In this document: piece by piece, positions 28,086 to 40,848 of the stretch
Layout of the letters: each line of letters begins with the position of its first letter
Position numbering within the stretch: the first letter of the stretch is position 1
The notes under the pieces: generated by a model
The model's input: the letters and a program-made list of their open reading frames with translations, nothing else
Databases searched by the model: none
What the model was told of the DNA's origin: nothing
Translations under genes and position numbers: made by a program
DNA from: Octopus vulgaris
Taxonomy: Eukaryota
Direction: 5' to 3'
Assembly (NCBI GenBank): GCA_951406725.2
Contig: OX597828.1
Span: 6,696,001 to 6,760,000, forward strand
Length of the DNA: 64,000 nucleotides

Positions 28086-28269
28086 AGAAAAGAAATGGAG
28101 CAACAATTAACAATTAGAAGTTGATCGTTTCTATTAAAAGGTATTGGTATTAATTGTAGTTAAAAAACATTTACACCTGTTTCAGTTTGTTATTTTTGAA
28201 GTAAATTTGCAGACCTTTTAATACCAATGATCAACTTCTAATTGTTAATTGCTGCTCCATTTCTTTTCT
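28086..28269. repeat. Fold-back element, ~55-bp arms, with a hammerhead stem III remnant
   Basis: agaaaagaaatggagcaacaattaacaattagaagttgatc versus gatcaacttctaattgttaattgctgctccatttcttttct. The spacer has GAAACAGGUGUA on the minus strand. Confidence 0.8.
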
Positions 28270-28414
28270 TATCTGAATATATTAAACCACGATTTACCAT
28301 TTAAATTACCAGCTACAGTGAAACTTATAGCAAGGCCTATACATATTAACCTAATACACCAGTAGTGCCGACGGATGCATTTATCCCATAGACACTTTCA
28401 TAACCTTTAACTCA

Positions 28415-28489
<75 letters not shown>

Positions 28490-28494
28490 GTATG

Positions 28495-28528
<34 letters not shown>

Positions 28529-28794
28529 TGTATGTATGTATGTATGTATGTATGTATGTATGTATATGCATGTACATATTTAAGGTGCATTCCGTTAGGA
28601 ACTTAGTAGAGTACAAAATAGAGCTCGTTCACCCTTAGAATTACCAAATAACCGTTAGTATTACGTGATACTTCCAAGTCAATGTTTAGGCGTTCATCGG
28701 GTGTGAAAGTAAGATTGAATAAAATAGACTCAACAAGAAGTCCGGTGTTAGCCTCGAAGTCAAAGGTTTTCTAGCAGGGACAGCGATTGCATAT

Positions 28795-28896
28795 CACCTG
28801 AGGAGATACGACTGGATCCTATTATACGGGTAAACCGTTGCTTAATTTAAATCCTGTGTTTATATGGATCTATGTTGTATCGAAACATGTGTAGTG
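28795..28896 (+). ncRNA. Type I hammerhead ribozyme with a long stem II
   Basis: CAC-CUGAGGA-GAUACGAC UGGAUCC...GGAUCUA U GUUGUAUC-GAAA-C(AUGU)G-UA-GUG, followed by ATTAAA. The tail 28906-28950 has an inverted copy at 28712-28755. Confidence 0.8.
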
Positions 28897-29084
28897 CTTA
28901 TTAAAGAGTTGTCTAACCGTAATTCTCGTTGACTCTATCTTATTCAATATATATGTATGTAGATATGTATGTGCATACATATACGTGTATAAATGTATAT
29001 ATGTGTGAATTATGTACATATGCCTGAATGCATGCAAGCATGCATGCACGTACGTGTGTGCGTGATTGTATGTACGAATGTCTC

Positions 29085-29620
29085 TTCTATTTTTTTTAAT
29101 TATCTTAAATCGTTCACTGAGGATGGAGCCGATATCCAACAAAGATAAAAGGCTCCATCTTTGGGATGTTGTTAACACACACAAATTCAAACTTGGAACT
29201 TGAGTAAAGACTTGCATATTTTTACTGTTCCACTCACAGATTGCACTTGTAATGTACGAATTTGCCGATCGATTTCACTTTCTGAAAATCCCGGTTTATC
29301 CAGATTCTCCTTTAAGCACTTCCTAACAAAACCTAGTACTCCAATTATTATTGGTATGAATATGAATTCATAGTCTGGATATAGAAGCTGGAGGTTTCGA
29401 AGCAATTGTCCATATATATCCTTTTTTTCTTTGATTTTCAATGAGATATTTATATCTGTAGGGCAACTGACCTGTTTGATGGTACATACCATTACTCGTC
29501 TGTCTCAAAAAACAATATCCGGCCTGTTATGTTTACATTTGACAGAAGTTTTAATGGGAATATTCCACCAGTATTCCTTGAGTTGTTTATGAATGTATTC
29601 CATAACAGAGGGATTTTCTA
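29085..29620 (-). mobile_element. RLE non-LTR retrotransposon 3' end
   Basis: WNIPIKTSVKCKHNRPDIVF, then ORF 29187-29492 (VSCPTDINI...KKDIYGQLLRNLQLLYPDY...IPIIIGVLG): a PD-(D/E)xK nuclease. Abuts (TATG)n. Confidence 0.85.
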
Positions 29621-29621
29621 A

Positions 29622-29662
29622 ATGTATGTATGAATGTATGTATGTATGTATGTATGTATGTA

Positions 29663-29693
<31 letters not shown>

Positions 29694-29812
29694 ATGTATG
29701 TATGTATGTATGTATGTATGTATGTATGCATGTATGTATGTATGTATGTATGTATGTATGTATGTATGTATGTATGTATGTATGTATGTGTGTGTGTATC
29801 TATGTATGTATG
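29622..29812. repeat. (TATG)n microsatellite
   Basis: Direct reading. Confidence 0.95.
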
Positions 29813-30122
29813 CACCGGATTTCTAACCTTTCAGTTTGTAGGGGAAATGTTTGAGTGTTTCTATATCGTACTGTGATTGCAAAGCGGAATAGTACCGCCA
29901 AGATTTGAAATCACTTCAAGTTCCTTTCCAAGAAGAGATCTACTTCTACTCTACGTTACACTTGATTCTATTGTTGAAATATAATAATTACGTGCGCACA
30001 TGGTAACCTATGTCTATGTGTATGTGTGTCAAAAACTGTGCTCAGATTAGATGTGTGTAAACGTGTCAGTGTTTGAGTATTTGGCGCATTTACGTTAACG
30101 TTTGCGCGCCCACACCCGTGTT

Positions 30123-30172
<50 letters not shown>

Positions 30173-30710
30173 TGTGTGCTAAATGTTCAGATAAGTGCAT
30201 TTCTGTGCTTAGATTGTGCTTTAGATTGCGGTAGTATGTGTATGCCTGTGCATTATATGCCAAGCAGAACTGGCGTATATAAATGTATGTAGTTGTGTGT
30301 GGGGTGAGAGAAAGGGAGAGAAGAGGAGAGAGAGAGACAGATAGACAGTGACAGAGAGAGTGAGTATCTGTTTCTGTCTGCACGTATACACAGCGAGTGT
30401 GCATGAGCGGAGGTGTTTCATGTATGAGTATGTATGTGTGACTGACAATGTGTGAATGTGTAAGGATTTTGTTTATCCAATTACAGCTAATAATATAAAA
30501 GTCATTGTCTTCATTTATCTGTTTTTACAGTTGTAAATGCGAGAAAAACAGAATTTCATTCAACTCGATATCTAATTTGACCAACACAGCATATTGTGTA
30601 CATATATGGATATCATACACTTATACTTGTCTCTCTCTGCTTACTCTCTGTTTAATCTCTGTCTCTCTCTCTCTCTCTCTCTGTGCGTACACACACACAC
30701 ACACACACAC

Positions 30711-30752
<42 letters not shown>

Positions 30753-30849
30753 GTGCATAGCACATACATTCATGCACAGAGATTGAAAGAAGTGCATGTA
30801 TGCGTAGTGTGTCTGCGCATGGATATTTATACACACTTTTGTATATGTG

Positions 30850-31420
30850 TGCGTTACTGTGTGTCTAGATATCACATACATCCTTTGTCTGTTGATTTAT
30901 ATAAATGATGTGATATTTTGTTTTTATTTTGTGTATGGATATCACTTATACTCGCCTGTGCTATCTTTATATATGCGACGTACGTATGCGAGTTTGGTAT
31001 CTGTGTATGGATATCACACGCATATACACTTCTCATTGCTATAAGTGTGTATACACGAAATTGCTTATCTATGAAGAGAGAACACACACAAACACTTGTC
31101 TGTCTGTAATGTCTGCGTGTATATAAGTAATATTGTATGACAGAGTATAGATATCACACAGACTATTGTTTCTATTTGTGTAAAAATGTGTTGGATTATG
31201 TGCTTCTACTTAGTTATCACACGAATATATTGCACTTCCATTGTCTGTCTTTATGTTTATGTGTAAGCGTGCCTCTGTATATGAGATATTACGCACATGC
31301 AATTGGTTATACTATGTGTGTATATGAATGTGATCGTTTGTTTGCGTATACATATCACAAACATTTGTCTCTGCATGTATATATATAATATTTTGTGAGA
31401 TATATACGCCGTACGTCATA
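30850..31420. repeat. Cryptic degenerate tandem array, ~70-bp period, GATATCAC anchor
   Basis: Motif or variants at ~30868, 30938, 31010, (31078), 31150, 31213, 31285 and 31351. Confidence 0.65.
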
Positions 31421-31979
31421 CACATACACTAAATGCGTATGCGTGTGATTGTACCTACATGCACAGTCCGGTGTAACTCAGCTTGTTTGTTTCTGTATCG
31501 TATATTCTTGCCGCTGTCTCTCTGGGTGGATGGTAGAGGGCGTCCGTGTGTATTTATTTGACGCACGAACATTTACCTGTATATGCGTGTGACTAAGTCA
31601 TGCCCGTTGGTGGCTGAGTGTGCGTGACATCCTATGTAATTGTGTTCGTCTGTGTTTGTGTATGCAAGTACCTTGCAGATGTAGAGTGTAGGTGTTTCCG
31701 CATGTTTGTCTATATATAAAAGAGAGAGAGGGTGGGTGGGTGAGTGAAAGAGAGAGAGAAAGTTGGCTGTGTGTATCTGTGTGGTTTTGTGTGTGTGTGT
31801 ACGTTTGTAAATGTGCACAAGGTTGATTGTGTGGCCCATGGGGAAGATCTGTGCGTTTTAGTCACCCATTGCTGTAATATATCTGTATTATGGATTATAT
31901 TTTTAATAGGAGTTAGCTTGTATGCAACAATATATTTGTATATGTATGTTTGTGTGTGCGTATGTGTGCGTGTGTGTGC

Positions 31980-32019
<40 letters not shown>

Positions 32020-32059
32020 ATGTTTCTGAGGTATCATGTGTCGACATGTGTAAATGTAT

Positions 32060-32240
32060 GTTGTTATTTAGCCTCAGGTGAGTCCTGAGAAAACAGACAT
32101 TTGATCAAATGCATTCGAGACATTATTTTTTCCTATGTGCAGAGAACTTAAGGCCACATTACCCAACATGTCCTTTTCTAAGATTGTAGGTTATGGAGTA
32201 GATTTGGTTGCTATTTCTAGTAAGTCAAGCGGCCACCATT
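32060..32240 (+). repeat. Representative copy of an ancient ~200-bp dispersed repeat
   Basis: gttgttatttagcctcaggt...tgatcaaatgcattc...agatttggttgctatttctag. The same motifs recur in about 10 other places in the window. Confidence 0.7.
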
Positions 32241-32292
32241 ACTAAGGGTGCATGATTTGACAACTATTTATACAGAGAATTCTATTATTGTA

Positions 32293-32601
32293 CTAGCACT
32301 ATGACCCGGCAACGCGTGTACAGTCCAAATCTCCGACCAATCACATACAGCTAGTTGGCATTCAATTGGCGTATCAAGTTTCGGGCATTTTGATTGGGTT
32401 TTGGATAGAAAATTCACAAAAAAGTCACTTCTATTGATTTTTTAATGGCTTTGTTGGGTGACTGGGGAAATGTAAAGATGCGCACGACCACCATTGGACG
32501 GCTTTGAATGACCATAGAAAGTGCGAGCCCTCTGACTGAAACATTGTGGATTTGTATAAAGGACACGCACACAGACATTTTGCCGTTTATATATGTAGAG
32601 A
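32293..32601 (-). mobile_element. Non-autonomous Helitron
   Basis: Minus strand reads A|TCtctacatatataaacggcaaaatgtctgtgtg ... gttgccgggtcatagtgCTAG|T: canonical termini and AT target. The hairpin is partly lost. Confidence 0.75.
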
Positions 32602-34799
32602 TGAGTATGATTCTTTTGTTTGTTTATTTTTAATATCGTTAGATCTGAAGAGAAAAACCCCTCAGTGCTCATGGCCGTTTCATACCCTTCGACATAGTAA
32701 CTTGATGTTCGTTAACATTCCGCTTAAGTATTTAAATCAAAGACAGCAAAAGATGGCACGTGCAGGTACGAAATTCTAAGGGATTGAAAAGGGACCGAAG
32801 TTGAGAGGAAGAATTGTGCTTAGTGATTTGTGCTGAGCCTGCTATAGATGGATACAACGTGGATGATGAAAGGTAAAATGAGTCTACAAGTTTTGAGTGG
32901 GGAGTGGCATGAGACCAGCCAATTCTGAGAAGCAGAAACCATTGTAATAGCAATAGAAAACATGTAAACAGGAAACGGCATGTCCAACAGGTGTATGTGT
33001 GTGACTATGTATGTGTGTGTATGTGTTCACCTGTCTTGTAAGTAATGTATGAATAATTGTATTTAAAATAGATAACGCCGTCTTACGTGTAAGGTAGTAT
33101 ATTTGTTTCTTTTGCTGATGTTTTCATTTTTTTTCTCCATAAACTTCTCAAGTTTTCTCAATCTGGTGGAGGTCAACGCAATTCATGCTCCGTTTGAATT
33201 TTAATGATTTGATATCTGTCCAGAAAGTGCTGACTAAAAGTAGCAACAGTGTACAACAGTGTAGTACATGGGTTCGGTGAAGCTTTTAGTGGCTTAAAAT
33301 ACAACTAGATGTAACACGATAAGAAAAGCCAGAGCTGTGAATTAAGTGGATTTCTGCGGTGGTTATATATAACTTCCTATTTCTCCTCAGTAGAAAGCGT
33401 TGTCGTAGTAGAAGAGGCATAGATGATACAGCGCATCGGTGGATTATACATCATAGGCTGTTGTTGTTGCTGTTGTTGTTGCTGTTATTATTGCTGTTGT
33501 TGTTGTTGTTGTTGTTGCTTTTGTCGATGTTGTTGTTGTTGTTGTCGTCGTCGTCGTCGTTGTTGTTGTAGTCGTTTACACCCTAGGCTGCGAATTGTCA
33601 GAGTCGCTTCGCGGTACTTATTCCTGCACCTTCTGCCCTGAGTTCACATACTGTGGCAGTCAAGTTTGCAGCTCATACTTCTGAGGTCGATAAATAAATT
33701 GCCATTCTTGGCTGGCGGACTGATGGAATATTTACAGAAAAGGACAGGAGACTTGCGAGTTTTCTTCTGCTTGTTTACATTCTGAAGTCTCAAATGCCAC
33801 CATGGTCAACGTAGATGATCATTTGATCCATTGTCCTGTTTAACACTGTTATTCGAGCTTTGGGAGCATTTAGCGCGGTTCACTTGTTGCAAGTATTGAA
33901 ACAAGATCTTTTGTTTCATGATATCGTCGTCCTTCCCGCAATCCCCAATGTAACAAATACTGCTTTTACCATGAGACCAACAGGATATATGAGACAACCA
34001 TGGCTGACCTAACTTACAGCCAAAGGCATTCAAACTGGTTTCAACCAGACATTTCAGAGTTATCGATCTCCAATACGTTTTTTTTTTTCTTTCCAAAAGG
34101 TAGAGTGTTATTCAAAGGCGTGTCCGCTGTTGTTTTTAATACATGCAATGCCTTAAGAGTGCTAACTCGCTAAAGTTCTTCTTATCAGTTGTTAGCAATG
34201 TTATTGACATCACTTAAACTATTTGAGTTGGCGGAAGAGATATTCTAGTTTTCAAGTATATGAGTAACAGAGCAACTGACATAGACACGGGGTTTACTAT
34301 TCTGTTCTGCAACGACATTGTTCTGATTTCGATCCCATTGCGCACCACTTTGCATATTACTTCGTGTCAGCATAAATATTCAGTGTTCTCTTCAATTATA
34401 TGAATCTCTGTCATATCGAGATAGTCTTTCTCCTTTCCTTTCGTAACCTTAGAACCTATAAATTCCACTCACACAATTCGAAGTGAACTTTAGTGGCCAG
34501 AAAACTTTCAGAAGCTAGTCAAGGAGACAGCAGCGATATAAAAGTTTTAATCAAGGAACGGCACTCTATGAACTGGAAGATGGAGCGCGTCTATAGGTGA
34601 CGTCATGTAAATTAGTTGAATAGAATTTCTGTTCAAAGTTCACTTCGGGCTGGCCCAAACTTTTCCTCAGTTTAGTACCAATCCCTGATATCTAGTTGCT
34701 TCTGGCAGAATCTATTCGGTCACAAACATTCCAGCAAAGTCTTTTAACTTTTCGTGAGTCCGAAAGAGTTCATGGGCACTGTCCTTCCGCATTTATTTC

Positions 34800-35044
34800 A
34801 CCCTTTTAAAGCCTAGCCAGGCTCACGGGCCCGGTTTTCCGGTTTCTATGGCGTATATATTCCCCAGCTGGACGGGACCCCAGTCCATCGCAGCGTTACT
34901 CATTTTTGCCGGCTGAGTGGACTGGAGCAACGTGAAATGCAGTGTTTTGCTCAAGAACACGACGCGTCGCCCGGTCCAGGAATCGAAACCACAATCTTAC
35001 GATCATGATGCTGACACCCTAACCACTAAGCCACGCGCCTCCAC
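34800..35044 (-). mobile_element. tRNA-derived SINE, family C-like
   Basis: ggaggcgcgtggcttagtggttaggg...ggtttcgattcctggaccgggcg...gtgttcttgagcaaaacac. Confidence 0.85.
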
Positions 35045-35514
35045 TCCTTCCGCATTATACTAACTCAAACCAAAATATTCCGATGTGAGGGGTAATATAT
35101 GCCTTGTGAAATAACTTTGATCTTACAATCTGTCTTTATACCTAGCACGTATAGTTATGGGTTTGTATAACTATTATTAATTGTATATATATATATATAT
35201 ATATATAAGGGTGCTTACTGAAAGGTGAGCGTGTGTCTTCAATTGTGTGTGTGTGTAGATCTATTAGGTGTATGCCTTTGTTTCTTCTAGCAAGACGCAG
35301 GTAAATTTCAAAAATTCACTGTAAAAGGAAACATATGTGTGCGTGTGTAGAGGTCTCTCAGTATGTATGTGCGTGTGTGTGTGTGGCGGTGGAGGGTGCT
35401 TGAGTTGCAATATATATGCCACTAAGACAATGTATATCTATAATGACAGCAAATTCTGTGTATACATACACATATGTATAGGACTATGTCGATATTTATG
35501 GATATGTATATATA

Positions 35515-38500
35515 TTTTTTTTTTTTTAGTTTCAGCTCAAAGCTATGGCCATGCTGGGGCACCGCTGTTTTGCTACACTGTTATTATTGAGAGCTTCCTC
35601 TAATATGTGGCAGTTGGTGAATAAGGGAGTTTGATGTCGCTACCCTCGTTTTCACCTCCTGCCGTGAGGTAGGTTCATCTGGGACTCTCGATAGGAAGTG
35701 GTCCAGCTTTGATTTGAAAACACCTACATCCACTTTGTATAGGTCCCTCAGGCTCTTTGGGAGAATATTAAAAAGCTGTGGGCCCCAGAAACCCAGTCTG
35801 TTGTAATAACTGGTCCTGAAGCGCGATGGCACTGCTGGGATCTTTGGTACTGTGCAGTATCGACCCTTTCTGATATTTGTGTAGCTTTCAATGCCAAACT
35901 TTGGCACAATTCCTTCCACGATCTACCATTTGTATATTACTTCATATCTCTCCCGCCTTTGCTCCAGAGAGTAGAGTCTTAGCTGTTTCAGCCTTTCCCA
36001 GTAGCTGAGCTGTTGCAATAAAACGATCTTCTTTGTGAAGCTTCACTGGGTTGCTTCAAGGTCCGCTGTTAATTTTACACTGTTGGGTGACGATAGCTGA
36101 GAGCAGTAATCTAGGCAGCTGAGGACGACTGTCCTCCAGAGGACCATCATGGTTTCCTTCTCTCCAGTTCTGAAAGTTCTCAGGATCCATCCAGTCAATT
36201 GTATGCACTTTATCGCAATCCTCATAATGTGCACTTCGAAAGAGGTATCATCACTCATGTCGATACCCAGGTCCCGCTCTGATTTAGGCTCATTGTCCTC
36301 ATCCCATCTGTAAAATGAGTCCAACTCCTACTGCAGGTGTGCAACATCGCTGGGGTTCTGTATTTACTGCGAGACTTTCGTGTCGTCTGCGTAGCTAGCA
36401 AGGGTGGCTATCCGGGCAGCTGAGATATGCCTATAGTTTTTGGCATCTGCTCTGCTACCTCCTTTATGGATTGGGCATATCATTCCCTCCTTCAGGTTTT
36501 GCTTGGCTGCCTGCTATTTGCAAGAAAGCTCTGGAAGAGAATCTGTAGTGGTTTCGACCAGCAGTGGAGTTTGCTTCCACCTCATATGTGGCTAGTAGTA
36601 AATCTTCTTCGCTAATGTCGCTGGTTATAGGTGAGGCGGCAAAGAAATCCACTGGTTCGTTCACTTGTCTGCGTCCCAAACGGGGTGGTAAAGATACTTT
36701 TGAACTGGTCATTCAGTACCTCACTGATCCTGGTTGGACTATATGTGAGGGAGCCATCCTTTCGGAAGAGGGGTCCTATTTTGCAGCGTACTGGGGCTGT
36801 TTATCTGGCATAATGACAGAAGGCCTTCGGGGTTGACTTAATGTTTTTTATAACCCTGGCTTCTTTATCTGCTTTCTCCCTCACATAGGATTGTTGCAGG
36901 CTTTTTCCAATCTCCATCGGTGTTGTTTTTACACGGGACCGTTCACTACTTTTAGAATGTTGGTTGAAGCGATTTGCAACTTTCGTCCGTCGTCTCATGA
37001 GGTTCTTCTTCTCCCTTGGAGTCTTGTTCCTTTTTGTGTTGGCCTTGTGCTCTGGGACATATTTCTTGCATAACACACATAAAATATTCTGGTTTCATGC
37101 CAATGTCTGGTGTGGAGAGACATTTCGGCCAATCCTATCTCAGGATCTCTTTTTGGATCGATTTCCAGACTGCTTTGTGGAAGTTCAGATTGGAGAGATA
37201 CTGGGTGCTTCCATTAGGCTGTATGACTCTGGATACTTTTGGTCCATACATGCATAGCTCTATTATATTGTGATTCGATACTAATGTCGGCGTCACTTTC
37301 ACATCATGAACGATGTCCATATTGTTTTTGAAGCTGTGATCCAAAATGTTATTCACCCTAGTTGATCTGAGCAGAACTTGCTCCATTAATAGAGTATTGA
37401 TCCACCTGTTACTGGGAGCATGAGGCCTTCGGGACATTTGACACTGGGGAAGTTGAAATCACCCATAAGAAATACGCATCCGGTGGGCGAAATGTATTGC
37501 ATATGACTATATTGTGTTGTCTTATGTATACAATTAGAGTGTCACATGCTGAATTTGAGTATGTCAGTAAGATCTGGGATGTGAAGTCTTCACGGATGTA
37601 TACAACAACTCCACCATGGCCCCGTTCCCTTTTGTCTGTTCGCAGTATGGTATATTTTGGTACGTGTACTTCTGCATCCTCTATATCAGGGATCAGATGA
37701 GTTTCCACGAGTGCTATGCATAGGGCTTGATTGCATGCAGCAAGATCTCTCAAGAAAAGAATTTTGCTTTTGCTGTTGTGATGCAACAGGCCCCCAATAT
37801 TTAGTAAAAATATCGGCGTGACTACTTAACAAGCGTTAGGGGAGGCCATCCCGTGTCTGTTGACTGTGGTAGTCTTGCGCAGTGGTGGGCAAGCTTCCTT
37901 GTTTGCGCTTGATTTAACCACAGTCTTTTGCGCCATGCACAAAAAAAGACTCTTGCTCAGCTGCTGCCATGCGCATAACATCTGAAGAACACACTGCATC
38001 TATATGCTTTCTTTTGGAGACGATGGTGCCTTTCCTCAGAGAAATACGTCTCCTTAAGGCCCATGTAATTTTGGCGGGGTCTCAAGTAAACCGGCAATTT
38101 GTACCGTTTTCCCCATACCAACTGCCTTGCTGTTAAAATTTGCATGTGCTTGACTTCACTCCAAAGTTCTTCTCACCTCTAGGGATTCGGATTCCGTTGG
38201 AACCTCCGTAGTTTTCTGTTTTTTGTTTGGTGGTTTCGGGCTTCGGTTTCAGCTAGTTCATCTTTTCCTTTTCCTTTTTCTCCCCTTCTTTCTTTATGTT
38301 TCTGCTCGTGTTCTTTCCTTTCTTTTCTGGTGGTAGACTTGCATTCCTCTGGTTGTCCAATGGGGTGAAGACTCCATTCCTTTGTAGGACCACTGCCACA
38401 GAGGGACTTCCGGTTGTTGCTTCTTCAGCTTCCTTATCCTTATCAACCTGGTTGTTCACAGGGGTGGGGGATCCATTCTTTTGAGAAACCATTGGATCAA

Positions 38501-38590
38501 AGAGTCTTCTGGTTTTTGCTTTGTTTTCCCTAACCTTATCAGCCTTGCCATAGTAGTTTTTCCATGATGACATCAAGAGTGTCCATGTGT
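35515..38590 (-). mobile_element. Decayed CR1-group LINE (ORF1 remnant, APE endonuclease, partly deleted RT, 3' tail, poly-A)
   Basis: APE motifs IALVETHL...RTDKRERGHGGVVVYIR...FRPP (37409-37786), SYADDTKV near 36375-36398, ERDLGI...LDYCSQ (36043-36324), C-terminal QLFNILP...FKSKLDHFL, and poly-A at 35515-35527. Many frameshifts. Confidence 0.9.
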
Positions 38591-38596
38591 GGTCTA

Positions 38597-38654
<58 letters not shown>

Positions 38655-38727
38655 ATGTATGCATATATGTATATATGTATGTATATGTAAATATATATGT
38701 ATATGTATATACATATATGCATATAAA

Positions 38728-38813
<86 letters not shown>

Positions 38814-39437
38814 TACACATATACTTATATACGCACATGAAAACATGTGTTTTTGATGTTTCAGTGCATGATTTTGTATGCAGCATATTGATACTGTTTA
38901 CCAGCGTAGTAGCGTAGTAGCGTAGTTATGGGCGTAGTATGTTTGCCATATTGTCTGAGTATATTTGCGTGACACTGCGTGCGTGTGCGTACGTGTGTAC
39001 GTGTGTGTGACTGCGTGATAATGCTTATGCAATTTTGTGTATGTGTATATGCATCATTCATCATGTTTATGTTCTTTCTTGTTTATATGCTACACCGTGT
39101 CTACCGATGTCTCTGTGTGAAATGATTATCATCTCTGCATACAGTTGTGACTATGTTCGAGTGTGTGTTGGTACGTCTAAACATCTACGAATTGATATGT
39201 CTATGGATATTAGTATTCATGTGGGCCAATATTCACAGATCTATGTTTGTCTTCATGTATCCGCCATTGCGTTGGTATCTGTCTACAGGGAAATGCATAC
39301 ACCTATGTTCACATACATTTCTAAGTGTACGTGTATCTGTGTATTTTATAATAGGATTATATGTTTGTTTGTTTATATTGCTGAGTATACACTGTTTTTG
39401 TCTGTGTTTCTGCAGGATGTATATATATATATGTGTA

Positions 39438-39501
<64 letters not shown>

Positions 39502-40291
39502 TGTATGTATGTATGTATGTATGTATATATATGTATGTATGCATGTATATATATATATATATCTATATGCATATATATATTTATACGTGTGTGTATTATA
39601 ATGTATGTTTGTGCATGCTCGTGTTCTTGTTTTTGCATTTGTGTTTATATACGATTGTGTCTGTACATATATTTAATTTTAAACGCGTGTGTACCTGTGC
39701 ATATCTGTAGGCGTATACGCTCCATTGTAATTGATGCTGTTGTTTCTGATGTTTTTGTAGTGGTTGTTGTTGTTGTTGTTGTTGTTGTTGGAGTAGATCT
39801 GGTTGATCGTGTATATGTGGGTGTACATGCAAGTGTAAACATATTTAGCGCACAGTATGTTTATGTCTAAGCAGTGGTGTGACAGACTACGTCAGTGAAC
39901 GTCGAAGTTGCTGACAGATTCAACTACTCCTTCACTTCCACAACCAACACCAACACCACCACACCGGCAGCACCTTCGCATCATCGTCATCGTCATCCAC
40001 CCATCCACTCTTACAAAAAGTCCATATTTATCCCTTGTTCTCTCAGCAGTTATTTCTTGTTAACAACGGAGCTGTCTTCTTGTATTCCACAAATCAGCCA
40101 TGTTGTTCTGGGAAAGAGAGTGCTTGTCTGTGTCGGTTGCATCACAAAAATCTGGACACCTCACTTTATGCGTCGTGTAAGACATCGCTTATTACAAGAC
40201 ACAATTGTCTCTCGTCGTTAGTTTAATTTCACGGTAGCGGCTTGCTTTCCTATTGCCGTTCATCTTAATGATAAAACAACTGCTGCTGCTG

Positions 40292-40330
<39 letters not shown>

Positions 40331-40334
40331 ATAC

Positions 40335-40372
<38 letters not shown>

Positions 40373-40785
40373 GTGATGGTGGTGGTGGTGGTGCTGCTGC
40401 TGCTGCTGCTGCTACTACTGGTGATAGACGTAATAGTGGTGGTGATGATGGCGCTGATGATGGTGATATGATATTCATTCTGTAATAATTGTTTTTTTTT
40501 AATGTTTATTTCTTGCTGTCGTTCGTATTTTTTTTGTTTCTGGTGCCATTGTTGTTTGCTGTCGTTGTTATTTCAACAGCCACATCCGTAAACTACTAAT
40601 TCTTGCTCTTTTATTTCGTCTCTCGGTCAAATGTGAAATTTCTACTCAGATATTCCATGAACAGAAATAGATTTCTATAACATAGAAGGAACACAAGGTG
40701 AAATAACAATCTCCTGGAATCTAACCTGGCTGGCTTCTATGTAAACTCGGTTCTCCAGCAACTAAATTCTTACACTACCAGATTT

Positions 40786-40848
<63 letters not shown>

